This document shows positions 1 to 10,229 of a DNA stretch of 64,000 bases, piece after piece (the stretch's first letter is position 1; every line of letters begins with the position of its first letter). Both the position numbers and the translations under genes were made by a program. The notes below the pieces were generated by a model. It was not told the origin of the DNA, ran no database searches, and saw only the letters and a list, made by a program, of their open reading frames with translations. The stretch is taken from positions 10,545-74,544 of the IMG/VR virus record IMGVR_UViG_3300037264_002389; one strand, 5' to 3'. The stretch comes from a virus. Its lineage: Duplodnaviria; Heunggongvirae; Uroviricota; Caudoviricetes.

Positions 1-42
1 ATCAAGTTCGAGGTCTTATCACAACTTGGCCACCCGGTCGTA

Positions 43-684
43 ATGGTTGAATTGACAGAACCACAATTAGAACAAGCAATTAGAGTTACTGGTGACTTTA
101 TAGCTCAATACTTTCCTCTTGAAGAGAAATATTCATATTTTTATACACAACCACTGGTAACAGAGTATGATCTGCCACCTGATGCCTATTGGGTGCAAGA
201 TGTTAAATGGGATCCAGCTACTACAAGAATCGGAGACATATTTGGAGCCGAGAGCTTTCTATTCAATGTCGGAAACGTTACTGGCATTCAGAACATCCTT
301 CTCGATTATCACTTGCTCCAAGCGTATCGTAAATTCAGTCAACGTATTCTAGCCACAGAGGGGCAATGGGAAGTTAAAGGAAATAATAAAATTAGGTTAT
401 TTCCAACGCCACGAGGTAGTTTCCCAGTGGTAGTTGAATACTATCCAACTGTTCAGCGGTTCCGTTCGCCGCATGCCAGAGAGATTTTGAAACGCGCCCT
501 AGTGGCTGAAGCCAAGATTATGCTTGGTAATTCTAGGAGTAAATTTGGTAATATTCCCGCCCCAGGTGGTGGATCATTAAGTCTTAATGGTGATGCATTA
601 AGGACAGAAGGACAGGCTGAGAAAGATAAAGCGGTTCAAGATGCTATATTATTGTCTGAGCCTTTGGGACCGATCCTGTGGTGA
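43..684 (+). CDS. hypothetical protein, probably structural (tail or baseplate region). The reading frame stays open to position 1, so the gene may begin upstream of the window.
   Basis: 213-aa ORF, co-oriented with the structural block; no stop in frame between positions 1 and 42. Confidence 0.45.
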   Translation: MVELTEPQLEQAIRVTGDFIAQYFPLEEKYSYFYTQPLVTEYDLPPDAYWVQDVKWDPATTRIGDIFGAESFLFNVGNVTGIQNILLDYHLLQAYRKFSQRILATEGQWEVKGNNKIRLFPTPRGSFPVVVEYYPTVQRFRSPHAREILKRALVAEAKIMLGNSRSKFGNIPAPGGGSLSLNGDALRTEGQAEKDKAVQDAILLSEPLGPILW

Positions 685-732
685 ATTATACAACTCGTAA
701 CTTGTAATCAATAAAATATATTTAGGTGAGTT

Positions 733-1194
733 ATGGCTAAATCAGAAATCATGATTAAGAATAAGTTAGAAATTCTTAATGGAAATGTAATTACTGTGCC
801 TGGATGCGAGCCTGTATCTTCTGTGACTGGAACTAGTTTGCTGCGCAATATTAATTGTAATGCTTCAGTTATTCCAGTTGAAGATGTGCTTCGCCTTATA
901 CCTGGTTCGAAAATCGTTAAAGTAATGACTCCGGCTGGGCAGAATGGCACTGGCCGTTTTATTGAACTACCAAGTGGCCCGCCACCAAATGCTAATAAAT
1001 GTCCTAAAATATGTCTAACTGATTATTATAGAATTCTAAAGGAGAACGCTAAGGTTAAGAAACCGTCTGATAAACTAATTGTTGATGGCGATGTATGTTC
1101 AGGGTTTAATTTTAGTGGATGCGTGCTTGAACAGGACGTGCTTAGAACAACACGTGATCCGAGCATGAGGCCGAATAGTAATCCATTGGGGTAA
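733..1194 (+). CDS. hypothetical protein
   Basis: 153-aa ORF with an RBS-like 'aggtgag' upstream and an AAATATATTT promoter-like motif near 710. Confidence 0.45.
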   Translation: MAKSEIMIKNKLEILNGNVITVPGCEPVSSVTGTSLLRNINCNASVIPVEDVLRLIPGSKIVKVMTPAGQNGTGRFIELPSGPPPNANKCPKICLTDYYRILKENAKVKKPSDKLIVDGDVCSGFNFSGCVLEQDVLRTTRDPSMRPNSNPLG

Positions 1195-1197
1195 GCC

Positions 1198-1812
1198 GTG
1201 GCTATTCACGATTTTGATCCGCAACAGCAATTTGTCTCTATTGACAAGTTGCCTGACCCACGTCTTGATCAAGAGAAGACCAACTCGTTGTTATCGTCCT
1301 ACAATCATGATAGCCCAGACATAGCATATGCTGAACGTCTTGCTGAGGAACTGGTTAATCTGTCAGGAGCTTGGATTACGGTGTATCAAAGGACCCAAAA
1401 TGAAGGTAATAAAGATGAGGTGTGGGATGAAGATGCAGACCCGACTTATCGGAATGGTAAGAAGATAAAAGGTTTCTTTGAACCAGCCCCAGCCGATATT
1501 CAATTGACTAGGTATGGTGTTGATATTCAGAACCAGACTACTGTGCATTTTTCTAGGGCTAATATTTTTCAGACATTCGGTAAGAGAATGATTTCTGAGG
1601 GTGACGTATTGATTGTTCCACACAATACGATGTCTGCAGCTCAGATTCCGGATATTCGTGAGGGTGTTCACAACAGAGTTGATAGATATAGAGTCATTAA
1701 GGCATCTGATTCTGGTAATTTCAAATATCGTTGGTTATATTGGAGTGCGTTGATTGAAAATATTACGGGCGACCAAACGATTGATGTATCATTTAGAACA
1801 GAAAAGAGTTGA
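1198..1812 (+). CDS. hypothetical protein (GTG start)
   Basis: 204-aa ORF tightly packed after the previous gene. Confidence 0.45.
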   Translation: MAIHDFDPQQQFVSIDKLPDPRLDQEKTNSLLSSYNHDSPDIAYAERLAEELVNLSGAWITVYQRTQNEGNKDEVWDEDADPTYRNGKKIKGFFEPAPADIQLTRYGVDIQNQTTVHFSRANIFQTFGKRMISEGDVLIVPHNTMSAAQIPDIREGVHNRVDRYRVIKASDSGNFKYRWLYWSALIENITGDQTIDVSFRTEKS

Positions 1813-1892
1813 GAGTATATTTCAGCAGAAGCAATAAAATTTGATAGATATGTGTATGTGATGTGTTAATCCAAATATAATTATGGTGATAT

Positions 1893-2216
1893 ATGGCTAA
1901 GATCCAAGTTAAGAATACTATTGATATAATGAGACTTGCTAGGGATGTAATTCGTCAAGTTAAGAATGAGGCCATAACAACGATAGCTCAAAATGCTAAA
2001 GAACAAATTCGTGTTAAGTCAGAAAGGCAGTTTGATCCAGACATTAAATATGCGCCAGATGCCGCTTCTATTGTTGTAGAACCTGCAGTAGACGATCCAA
2101 AAGGAGAGAAGATTAGGGCGATAGAACGAAATACTCGTGCTGTTGAGTCAGCATATAAACAGTTGTCATCTAAACCATACGTGGTTAGTTTATTAAGTAG
2201 GAAAAGGGTTAAATAA
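1893..2216 (+). CDS. hypothetical protein
   Basis: 107-aa ORF preceded by AAATATAAT and an RBS. Confidence 0.45.
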   Translation: MAKIQVKNTIDIMRLARDVIRQVKNEAITTIAQNAKEQIRVKSERQFDPDIKYAPDAASIVVEPAVDDPKGEKIRAIERNTRAVESAYKQLSSKPYVVSLLSRKRVK

Positions 2217-2229
2217 GGAGGATTAGTTC

Positions 2230-3126
2230 GTGCCAATTTATGATTTTGAGTTTAATAATGACGCAGTTCCAGTTAAATGGACAAACCAACAATTTGATCC
2301 GAAGAATCGTCATGGTTTAGAACAGAAACCAGCCATTCATCAACGTGTTGAGGACCCTAGGCCAAGAGACGATATCTTTTTTGAACGTCAAAATGTCAAT
2401 ATTGCCGAAGAAGTCCATGAGATACTACCACAGGGCCATCGTACGATGGATCGTGGTCTTAAGAATTATTTCTCAGGAATTCCAGTACCAACAAAAGATG
2501 GCGTTAGGATAATGGGAGTGCGAATTAGCGGTGGTGATAAACCATACCTGATTTGGGCACAAGATTTACGGTATGGTCGTGTTACGCTCCCAATAATGGC
2601 GATCCGGAGAGAAAGTGATGAATTTCATTTCATGAAGTTTAGCCCAGCGCATCATCACTATATTGCTAAGCGGTTCATTGATCAAGAATGCAGTCGGATA
2701 GCTCTAACTTATCGACCTGTGCCTTCTCTTATAAATTATACATTATCAGTTTGGGCAGAGCATAAGCGTGATCTTGAATATGTTAATTATCAAGTAAGGC
2801 GCAGATTTAATCCTGTGGCTGAATTTTTGGTTGAAGATGAACATCTGCGTGGTAGTGTGTTTTTAAAGTATAATGGTACTACTATGGCAATAGACGATGA
2901 TATACCTGCAGAACAACGTCAGAATAAGCGTTATGATTATTCGATAACTATGGAGGGATGGATGCCGCTACCAGAGAAGATTGTTCCAAGCATTCTTGGC
3001 ACAGTAACTAGTTTGCGTGAGGGGAGGGGTGTGCTCAGCACGCCAGGTATAGGCGTGGGAGATCTACTGGAAACAGTTTCCGGCAAGAGTGACCTTCCAC
3101 TTGTGCAGATTAGGAGTCGTCCATGA
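2230..3126 (+). CDS. hypothetical structural protein
   Basis: 298-aa ORF; RBS 'aaggagg' at 2215-2221. Confidence 0.5.
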   Translation: MPIYDFEFNNDAVPVKWTNQQFDPKNRHGLEQKPAIHQRVEDPRPRDDIFFERQNVNIAEEVHEILPQGHRTMDRGLKNYFSGIPVPTKDGVRIMGVRISGGDKPYLIWAQDLRYGRVTLPIMAIRRESDEFHFMKFSPAHHHYIAKRFIDQECSRIALTYRPVPSLINYTLSVWAEHKRDLEYVNYQVRRRFNPVAEFLVEDEHLRGSVFLKYNGTTMAIDDDIPAEQRQNKRYDYSITMEGWMPLPEKIVPSILGTVTSLREGRGVLSTPGIGVGDLLETVSGKSDLPLVQIRSRP

Positions 3127-3431
3127 ATAAACAGAATAAACAGAATCAGCAAGTCAAGCGCCCACCCACTATGCATGAAATGCAGGTGGAAAAACAAAAG
3201 AAGGACAAAGGACCAGAACTTATTATAGAGAATATTTCAAAACAATTAATACCGATTCATCAACGTCAACCAAAGGGAGTTGATTTCTATTTTGGTGCCC
3301 AAGATATTAGGTTGGGTCCTGGGCAGCGTTACAAATTTGATAAGCGGCGTCTTTTTACCAGTCAGGTTGAGCGACTACAAAAACAGAGGAAAATTCAGGT
3401 TATATATGACGAAGAGAAACAACCAAAGTAA
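3123..3431 (+). CDS. hypothetical basic protein
   Basis: 102-aa Lys/Gln-rich ORF overlapping the previous stop (ATGA). Confidence 0.4.
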   Translation: MNKQNKQNQQVKRPPTMHEMQVEKQKKDKGPELIIENISKQLIPIHQRQPKGVDFYFGAQDIRLGPGQRYKFDKRRLFTSQVERLQKQRKIQVIYDEEKQPK

Positions 3432-3497
3432 GTTATAGTTTACAGTAAAGCAAATATAATATGATCGCGGCGGGTATCATTAAGAGGAGAAAAACCC

Positions 3498-6362
3498 ATG
3501 GCAGTCTTTCTTTCGCCAGGAGTATTTCCTAGAGAGGTAGATCTGAGTGCGATTCCGACAAACACAGGTGCATTAACGCCTGCGTTTATCGGAACAGCCA
3601 AAAAGGGTCCACTTCAAAATCCAACTTTTATAAGTAACTCACAGCAATTTGTTGATATTTTCGGTGAACCATTTCAAGAGAGTTTCCTTGGCTATGCAGT
3701 GCTAGCTTATTTCGAAGATGGTGGAAGAGCATGGATATTACGGGTTGGCGTGGAATGTGAAGAAGGACAGCCAGATGGTCTAGCAGATATTTGTATTGAT
3801 AATTCAGGCGCACGTGGTAAAGGATGGGGTCGAATACCAATATTCTCCGGAATCGACTTCGGCAAAATTTGCACAAGAGTAGTAAATGCCGATCTTCCAT
3901 TAGCCTTCCATGCGGCTCTGGTATCAGATATCGATTACAATGACATTGATGTAGATCCGACTCCAGGACCAGTATCTGCCACCTTAAGCTTTGTTAGCCT
4001 AACCAGCTATTCAGGCGCTATTGATGATTCATTCACGGTTCTGATTACCAGTGACGTACCAGTAACTGGTGGTTCAGTAATGGATGGTGCAACTTTTGAA
4101 GTTATTCGTAATTCTGATGGTGTTACAGTATTGACCGATACGATTGTTGAAAGTGGTACTCCTGGTACATCGGAGTTAATTGATATTGGTGATGGGATGG
4201 TATTTGCGATTGTCGTGACTGGATCGGTTCCACTAGCCGTCAATGATACGTTTACATTCATCGTTCGACCAGATAACCGAATCTTCTCCTTCAATGTTGA
4301 TAGGCAAGATTCCGGGTCAGTAGTTGAATATACGATTCCTGATGGTTCGACCTACACCGATGTTAATGATTTTGCCGATGATATTAATGCACTAATTTCG
4401 AGTTCAGAACCATACAGGGCTATTGCACAAAGTGATGACACAGCGTGCTTCACAACCGACGTAGCTGGTAGGAACATTCAGCTTGTATCGAGAGAGGCTT
4501 TTAGCTTAGAGATTGGACAAACTTTATACGCTTATGATATTCCACGTAGCCATCTCAACTCGACCAATACCGGGCCATATGATATTACTACCGAAAATAA
4601 TCGTGTCAACATTGAAGTTGTCGGGCAGAGTAGCACAACCGAAATCGAGTTTAGTGTCACGGTTGGCTTAAACCAATCAGAAGCCGCCGTTGCCAATGCG
4701 ATCCATCTTGGTGGTGTTAAGACTGGTGAACGTTATTGGCGTTCATTTACGATGCTTATTCCTGGTGGCGAAACTCAAGTCTTCATTGAGACAGTGGTTG
4801 ATCATCAGTTCGATCAATTGAAGATGCAAGCAGATGGATCTCATTTTAAGACACTACGCTTTGCAGAAGAACTTGGGATCCAGTTCCCTTACACAAGGGC
4901 ATACCAGGTATTTAGTGATTCACGGGTTCTGCTGCCTGATGCTGGCACAGTCACTCCTAATACACCACTCTCTTGCGAGGTTGATGCATTCAGTGATGAA
5001 TGTGCAGCTGATTCAGCGTACTTTGCTAACATCGTTGGTTGGTTGGTAGCCAAGAGTGCTGGTACATGGGTTGATGATTTCAAGGTTACATTACAGATTT
5101 TTGGTACCGGTGAAGGTGCTGGCGATGTCGCTGGCCGCTTCAAGATTATCATTGAAGATAAGAACAATCAAACTGTTGATGCGATTGAAGATGTTACATT
5201 CGATCCTCGCGATGAACGATACATCGGTAATGTAATTAATGAGGGATCACAATTTGGTGGGCCAAATGGCAATAGCTTTGTTCAATGGATTCCACGTCCA
5301 GCTTTCCTGAATAATGATCCAGTGAATGATCTTGACAACTTTGAAGTTAGAGTGCCAGGTTCATTCAGCCGCTTTACCTTCTCCGGTTCGGCAAATGGTA
5401 TCCCATCTGATCCAGCGTTCTCATCCGAGCTTGATAGGGCCGTTATTGGTAATCCGAATCTGGAGACTGGTATATTCGCATTCCAGAACCCAGAGGTGTA
5501 TGACATTTCACTATTGGTCATCCCAGGATTCAGCTCTGGTGCAGTAATTGGTCAAGGTTTGAGAATGTGTGAGACGCGTGGCGATTGTCTCTTCATTATT
5601 GACCCTCCATTTGGTCTGCGTGCTCAGCAGGTGGTTGACTGGCATAACGGAATCCTCTTTAGTGACCTGGCACAAGCAATCAACTCTAGTTATGGTGCGC
5701 TCTATCATCCGTGGTTGAAGCTATTTGATCAGTTTAATGGCGGCACAATCTTCACGCCTCCAAGTGGCCATGTTTCCGGTGTGTATGCTAGGACTGAACG
5801 TGTGACCGAGACTTGGTTTGCTCCTGCTGGCGTTAATAGAGGCCGATTGCTTACCCCGCTCGATACAGAGGTCGATTTGAGTATGGGCGAGCGTGATCTA
5901 ATGTACGGATCAGGAAATGCCGTTAATCCGATTGTCAATTTCCCACAGGACGGAATTACGATTTGGGGTCAGCGAACCCTGCAGCGCCGAGCCACTGCAC
6001 TTGATCGCGTGAACGTTCGTATGCTCCTAATCTTCATCAAGAAGAATGCAATCAATTTCCTGCGACAGTTTGTGTTTGAGCCGAATGATAGGATTACACG
6101 GGCACGGGTTGTGAACGTTAGCAATTCATTCCTTGCCGATATCCAGGCTAGGAGAGGACTGACTGGGTTTTCAGTCGTCTGCGATGAAAGAAATAACACA
6201 CCAGAGAGAATTGATCGTAATGAGTTGCACGTTGCGTACTTCTTGAAGCCAACGCGTGCGGCAGAATTCATTCAGCTGAACCTGGTAGTCCTCCGGACCG
6301 AGGCGAGCTTCTCCTCTGAGGCTGTGCTACAAGCTGGTGGCGTAGTTCTAGCGACTCAGTAA
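3498..6362 (+). CDS. contractile tail sheath protein (T4 gp18-like, large variant)
   Basis: 954-aa ORF; C-terminal region contains GVYARTERVTETWFAPAGVNRGRL, typical of the conserved sheath C-domain. Strong RBS 'aagaggag' at 3481-3488 and AAATATAAT at 3452-3460. Confidence 0.85.
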   Translation: MAVFLSPGVFPREVDLSAIPTNTGALTPAFIGTAKKGPLQNPTFISNSQQFVDIFGEPFQESFLGYAVLAYFEDGGRAWILRVGVECEEGQPDGLADICIDNSGARGKGWGRIPIFSGIDFGKICTRVVNADLPLAFHAALVSDIDYNDIDVDPTPGPVSATLSFVSLTSYSGAIDDSFTVLITSDVPVTGGSVMDGATFEVIRNSDGVTVLTDTIVESGTPGTSELIDIGDGMVFAIVVTGSVPLAVNDTFTFIVRPDNRIFSFNVDRQDSGSVVEYTIPDGSTYTDVNDFADDINALISSSEPYRAIAQSDDTACFTTDVAGRNIQLVSREAFSLEIGQTLYAYDIPRSHLNSTNTGPYDITTENNRVNIEVVGQSSTTEIEFSVTVGLNQSEAAVANAIHLGGVKTGERYWRSFTMLIPGGETQVFIETVVDHQFDQLKMQADGSHFKTLRFAEELGIQFPYTRAYQVFSDSRVLLPDAGTVTPNTPLSCEVDAFSDECAADSAYFANIVGWLVAKSAGTWVDDFKVTLQIFGTGEGAGDVAGRFKIIIEDKNNQTVDAIEDVTFDPRDERYIGNVINEGSQFGGPNGNSFVQWIPRPAFLNNDPVNDLDNFEVRVPGSFSRFTFSGSANGIPSDPAFSSELDRAVIGNPNLETGIFAFQNPEVYDISLLVIPGFSSGAVIGQGLRMCETRGDCLFIIDPPFGLRAQQVVDWHNGILFSDLAQAINSSYGALYHPWLKLFDQFNGGTIFTPPSGHVSGVYARTERVTETWFAPAGVNRGRLLTPLDTEVDLSMGERDLMYGSGNAVNPIVNFPQDGITIWGQRTLQRRATALDRVNVRMLLIFIKKNAINFLRQFVFEPNDRITRARVVNVSNSFLADIQARRGLTGFSVVCDERNNTPERIDRNELHVAYFLKPTRAAEFIQLNLVVLRTEASFSSEAVLQAGGVVLATQ

Positions 6363-6365
6363 TGG

Positions 6366-6393
6366 AAAGGGGAGGATGAAACCTCCCCTTTTC
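6366..6393 (+). terminator. rho-independent terminator after the sheath gene, possibly bidirectional
   Basis: Hairpin aaaggggagg / cctcccctttt with a T-run after it and an A-run before it, so it could also terminate the convergent minus-strand ORF. Confidence 0.7.
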
Positions 6394-6408
6394 ATTATAA
6401 ATTAATAA

Positions 6409-6858
6409 TCAGCCAATTAATGAATCAAGTTCTATTAATGCTTCTGCTTTATTGTTATCATGACGGCTATTAATAAATGATCTGATATCTTGTAATGGGA
6501 ATCCAAAAATAATGCCTTGAATATAGTGATATTCAGCGTCATTAGAGTCGAATGTGTTGCTTGTATGGAGCCATTCTAATAATTTAGCGATGTCTTCATT
6601 AGCTTCATTATAGAAGATTTCGGATTTGCTGTCTGGCACACCATCAATTGTATTAAATCCTTGTGGGACTTCGCCAATTGTATTAAATCGTACTTGGCTA
6701 TTTATTGTCGTAATCGCTTTCCTGCCATTAATCACTAATTTTATACAATCTGATTCATTACGTGGTGGACTAAGTGGCCCCCAGGTATATGCTTTATTAA
6801 AGGCAGAGTGATACTCTGTGGGTATTGAGCTTAGTATTGATATTGTCCATGGACCCAT
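6409..6858 (-). CDS. hypothetical protein
   Basis: 149-aa minus-strand ORF between two terminator-like and head-to-head junctions. Confidence 0.4.
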   Translation of the reverse strand: MGPWTISILSSIPTEYHSAFNKAYTWGPLSPPRNESDCIKLVINGRKAITTINSQVRFNTIGEVPQGFNTIDGVPDSKSEIFYNEANEDIAKLLEWLHTSNTFDSNDAEYHYIQGIIFGFPLQDIRSFINSRHDNNKAEALIELDSLIG

Positions 6859-7866
6859 ATGTTATGTTTGTATTTTATCAGAATGCCAGAGCCTGTTGAA
6901 TATATGCCTGAGGCACTGCGTCCGAGACGTAAAATTTCACGTAAATTAGAATATGGTATTGGTATTCCGGATGGCAATTCAAGTTTTGGCATGACTAATG
7001 GTCCAGTTGAGAATCTTCAAGAGATGTTAAATGTTATTCCACATGATGTTAAGTCAGTAATTATTAGGTTTAATGAGGATCAATCTGATGATGTGATTTA
7101 TAAATGGAACCATAATCGTTGGATTCGTGTTGATCCTGATATTGAGCGTTTGAGTAATTTTCATTGGGACCCAAGTAAATTAGATAAATCACAATTCGAG
7201 TCTATTCCATCTATTCCAATAACCGTTAGTGATGTTAAAGGGAAAGAACAATGGCAAGAGCGCGTAATGCGGATGTTATATCAAGTTAGTAATGTGGTGC
7301 GATCTTGTAGCATGTGTTCTTTAGGTAGACAATTGTGTGATGAACACAACACAGTGTTTGATCCACATGTGTTTAGTACAATGAATCCAAGCAGGTTGGT
7401 TGTAGTTGGTCAGAATCCTGGGTTTAATGAATGTTTACAGGGCAGGCCATTTGTCGGCGATGCTGGTAAGTTTTTTGATGAAGCTATTGTGCGGCATGGC
7501 TTATCGAGGAATGATTTTTATATAACTAATCTTGTCAAGTGTTATACTATTGGTAATAATCGACCTACTAAAGAACACATGGTGCGTTGTGAGTCTATAT
7601 TGAGAATGGAAATCACATTACTTAGACCATTATTGGTAATTACACTTGGTTCGGTGGCTTTTGAGGCTTTCTTTCATGGCATGACTTTATCAGAGCATCT
7701 TGGTGATTTAATGAAATCAGATAAATTCGATGTTGAGGTTTATCCAATGTATCATCCGTCACCGAGAAATATGCAAGATTCAGTTCGTCGTGCTAAATTT
7801 ATTGATAATATTAATGACCTTTGTGAATTAATTAAAGCTTATAGATCGAGTGTCTTAAACTCGTGA
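6859..7866 (+). CDS. uracil-DNA glycosylase family 4-like protein (Fe-S type) with a ~150-aa N-terminal extension
   Basis: C-terminal half has CSMCSLGRQLC (cluster cysteines), GQNPGFNE (family-4 GEGPG-like motif), FVGDAGKFFDEA, LVKCYT and a terminal HPSP motif. Confidence 0.6.
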   Translation: MLCLYFIRMPEPVEYMPEALRPRRKISRKLEYGIGIPDGNSSFGMTNGPVENLQEMLNVIPHDVKSVIIRFNEDQSDDVIYKWNHNRWIRVDPDIERLSNFHWDPSKLDKSQFESIPSIPITVSDVKGKEQWQERVMRMLYQVSNVVRSCSMCSLGRQLCDEHNTVFDPHVFSTMNPSRLVVVGQNPGFNECLQGRPFVGDAGKFFDEAIVRHGLSRNDFYITNLVKCYTIGNNRPTKEHMVRCESILRMEITLLRPLLVITLGSVAFEAFFHGMTLSEHLGDLMKSDKFDVEVYPMYHPSPRNMQDSVRRAKFIDNINDLCELIKAYRSSVLNS

Positions 7867-8439
7867 GTGTCGTAGAAGTTCACATAAAATTTTCGCATGT
7901 TGTGGAATAGTTCGATTGATGTAATGTGATATGTCTTTACCCATAATAAGACTAGTCTGTATGATTACGTCTTGTGTGCGTTGATAGCCGTCTTCTATGC
8001 CGATTATAATCATTGGCGGGCCTGCTTGTTTTGATTTAATTCTGACCAGATGCGCACCGAGTTCGTACAATACGATTGGATTTAATGTCTCCTTACTAAA
8101 CCAAAATGATATTATATCTGCTTGCCATAAATATTCATATTCCCATTTAATTTGTTCTTCGGCTGCTTTAGGATTATGCACTGAAAATTCTTTTCGTCTC
8201 GGATTGAAGATGGTTCCTTTATTTTGAATTAATAATTCTATCAGTTCTGATTGCCAATCTCTACAGTTTGTGATTCCACCTGCTAGAAATAACCAAGGAC
8301 GTTGGTCTAATTTATTTGGATGATTTGGAGCTTCACAGTAATTCACGTTTAATTTCCTAGCTGTGATTGAATATGAAATACTGCACTTGTGATTGTTTAT
8401 TGTTGAAGATATTTTAATGATGATTGAGTTGTTGCTCAT
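7855..8439 (-). CDS. nucleoside 2-deoxyribosyltransferase / Rcl-like (NDT superfamily) protein
   Basis: WLFLAGGITNCRDW resembles the YLAGP...W nucleotide-binding motif of the NDT/DNPH1 fold; 194 aa. Confidence 0.4.
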   Translation of the reverse strand: MSNNSIIIKISSTINNHKCSISYSITARKLNVNYCEAPNHPNKLDQRPWLFLAGGITNCRDWQSELIELLIQNKGTIFNPRRKEFSVHNPKAAEEQIKWEYEYLWQADIISFWFSKETLNPIVLYELGAHLVRIKSKQAGPPMIIIGIEDGYQRTQDVIIQTSLIMGKDISHYINRTIPQHAKILCELLRHSRV

Positions 8440-8501
8440 AGGAATTATTTATCTGATATGTAAAAATAATTTATGAATAGGCGCTGTTAGCAGGTGCCGT
8501 T

Positions 8502-8738
8502 ATGAAGAAATTAGTTAAAGTAACATTAACAATTGCTGATCTCGCTTCGCTTATATGTGACGAACGAATCACGATGAAGCAATCTGGTATTCATGATCTA
8601 GAAATATCATTAAAAGACTTTATTGCAGAAGATCTTGATGACCTTGAAGCAATACTAGATGTCTTAGAAACAGAGATTAATGCAATTCGTAATGAAGAGC
8701 CTGAGGAAGAGCCTGAGGCAAGACCAGATGGCGAATAG
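8502..8738 (+). CDS. small acidic hypothetical protein
   Basis: 78 aa, Glu/Asp-rich C-terminus. Confidence 0.4.
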   Translation: MKKLVKVTLTIADLASLICDERITMKQSGIHDLEISLKDFIAEDLDDLEAILDVLETEINAIRNEEPEEEPEARPDGE

Positions 8739-8743
8739 GGCAG

Positions 8744-8800
8744 CCACCCCCGTCCCATTAATGGTGATTGTCACCATTACGGATGGTGGTGGCTGCTCTT
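8744..8800 (+). promoter_or_regulatory. long imperfect hairpin between genes
   Basis: gcagccaccc...ggtggtggctgc outer stem with an inner taatggtga/tcaccatta stem; no U-tract. Confidence 0.3.
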
Positions 8801-8810
8801 AGGAGATAAC

Positions 8811-9584
8811 ATGAAATATATTGAAGGATTGGTTGGATTATGGAGAAGATTTAAGTTATTAGATAACAAATATCTAATGTACTTCTTAATAGCATTAATT
8901 GGCATAATGGCCGCTTATGCATTAAGCCTCAAAACCGATTATAAGATTAAGGTAAAGATGATAGTTCAACCACGTGTGATAGAGACTTTGCCCAGCCATG
9001 TTATCGACTCGACAATTACCATAAGAACACCATTCGGATTTGGATCAGGAGTAGTAGTATCGAAGCACTTTATATTGTCAGCGGCACACCTATTGGCGAC
9101 CCCGCCATGGGAAAATGATGAGGCTGTGGTAGAAGTAGAGATACGTCATCATGAGTTGCAGGTAAATGTATGGACGCGTGCGACGATTGCAAAAGTGGAT
9201 AAAGAATCTGACCTGTTATTGTTATTTGTTCCTATTGAACTACCACATGCTATTAGTACAATAGCTACCAATGATATGATGAATGCTGGCGATAAGTTAT
9301 ATGTGGTTGGTTATCCATATGGCGCATCGGCCCCTAATTGTAGTGATGGTAGATTAACGGCTAAATTTAATAATCATAATGAGGATGCTCCATTCTTATG
9401 GCACTGTAGTGCACCAGCTTTCCCCGGAAATTCTGGTGGCCCAGTGTTTTTAGCGAAAACAGGTGAATTAATTGGTATCTTAGTTCGCGTGCCAATTATA
9501 AGTGAAAATATCTTATCTAATAATGTCTCTTATTTTGTGCCATGGGATAGAATCGTGAACTTCGTTGGTCCACAAGGAAATTAG
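8811..9584 (+). CDS. trypsin-like (S1 family) serine protease with an N-terminal TM segment
   Basis: VSKHFILSAAHLL (His motif), a DLLLL-context Asp, and GNSGGPVF (Ser motif). Confidence 0.7.
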   Translation: MKYIEGLVGLWRRFKLLDNKYLMYFLIALIGIMAAYALSLKTDYKIKVKMIVQPRVIETLPSHVIDSTITIRTPFGFGSGVVVSKHFILSAAHLLATPPWENDEAVVEVEIRHHELQVNVWTRATIAKVDKESDLLLLFVPIELPHAISTIATNDMMNAGDKLYVVGYPYGASAPNCSDGRLTAKFNNHNEDAPFLWHCSAPAFPGNSGGPVFLAKTGELIGILVRVPIISENILSNNVSYFVPWDRIVNFVGPQGN

Positions 9585-9672
9585 TAATGAAAACATGGGT
9601 GCAGGAGAGTCTTAGGAGGCCATAAGTTATATTTAGATTCAAAGATAATTCGGATTAACAGGAGGTCTGATT

Positions 9673-10203
9673 ATGCCAGGCTTTATAATTGGTGGCGTTG
9701 GGGCAGGTCCAAACCATACCGTAGAGACTCGGCGTAAACACCGTTGGTTATTTCGTACTTTAGGTAAAGCCGCTGCTGGTGAATTTGCGGCAGAAGTGCT
9801 TGTTATTCTCAAAGAGGCCAGTAGGCCACATCCGACTTTCGAAGAGCCTGAAATGCACCACAACCAGGAAAAAAGTTACTTTGCTGGTAAGCATTCATGG
9901 GAACCAATTAAGTTGGTATGGTATGATGGTGAACAGGCTCCTGATGTTTCTAGGGAGATGTGGGATTGGTTGAATGGTGTACTTGGCGTTCACCGTGGTA
10001 ATATCCCAGTTAATAAACCAAATCAGTATAAGAAGAATGGCAGCCTAGAGATGCTCATGGGGGATGGTACGCCATCTGAGCGTTGGGAATTGTTTGGTTG
10101 TTGGCCACAGGATATTAACTGGAATACGTTAGATTACGCTGATACTGAGATTCAGACAATTGAAGTTAACATGCGGATTGATCGAGCCAATCGCGCTGCT
10201 TAA
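9673..10203 (+). CDS. tail tube protein paralog 1 (gp19-like)
   Basis: Begins MPGFIIGG; shares WEPIKLVWYD and a C-terminal EIQTIEV block with the next two ORFs and with T4 gp19 (NEIQTFEVTLALDY). Confidence 0.65.
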   Translation: MPGFIIGGVGAGPNHTVETRRKHRWLFRTLGKAAAGEFAAEVLVILKEASRPHPTFEEPEMHHNQEKSYFAGKHSWEPIKLVWYDGEQAPDVSREMWDWLNGVLGVHRGNIPVNKPNQYKKNGSLEMLMGDGTPSERWELFGCWPQDINWNTLDYADTEIQTIEVNMRIDRANRAA

Positions 10204-10229
10204 TTATAGATCTAGCATTAATCATTTCA

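Noticed and set aside
5969-6271. Multiple 60-110-aa minus-strand ORFs within the sheath gene (3628-3900, 4007-4294, 4889-5167, 5282-5521, 5511-5708, 5729-5938, 5969-6271)
   Set aside because: They are nested antisense within a strongly supported 954-aa conserved gene and have no translation signals.
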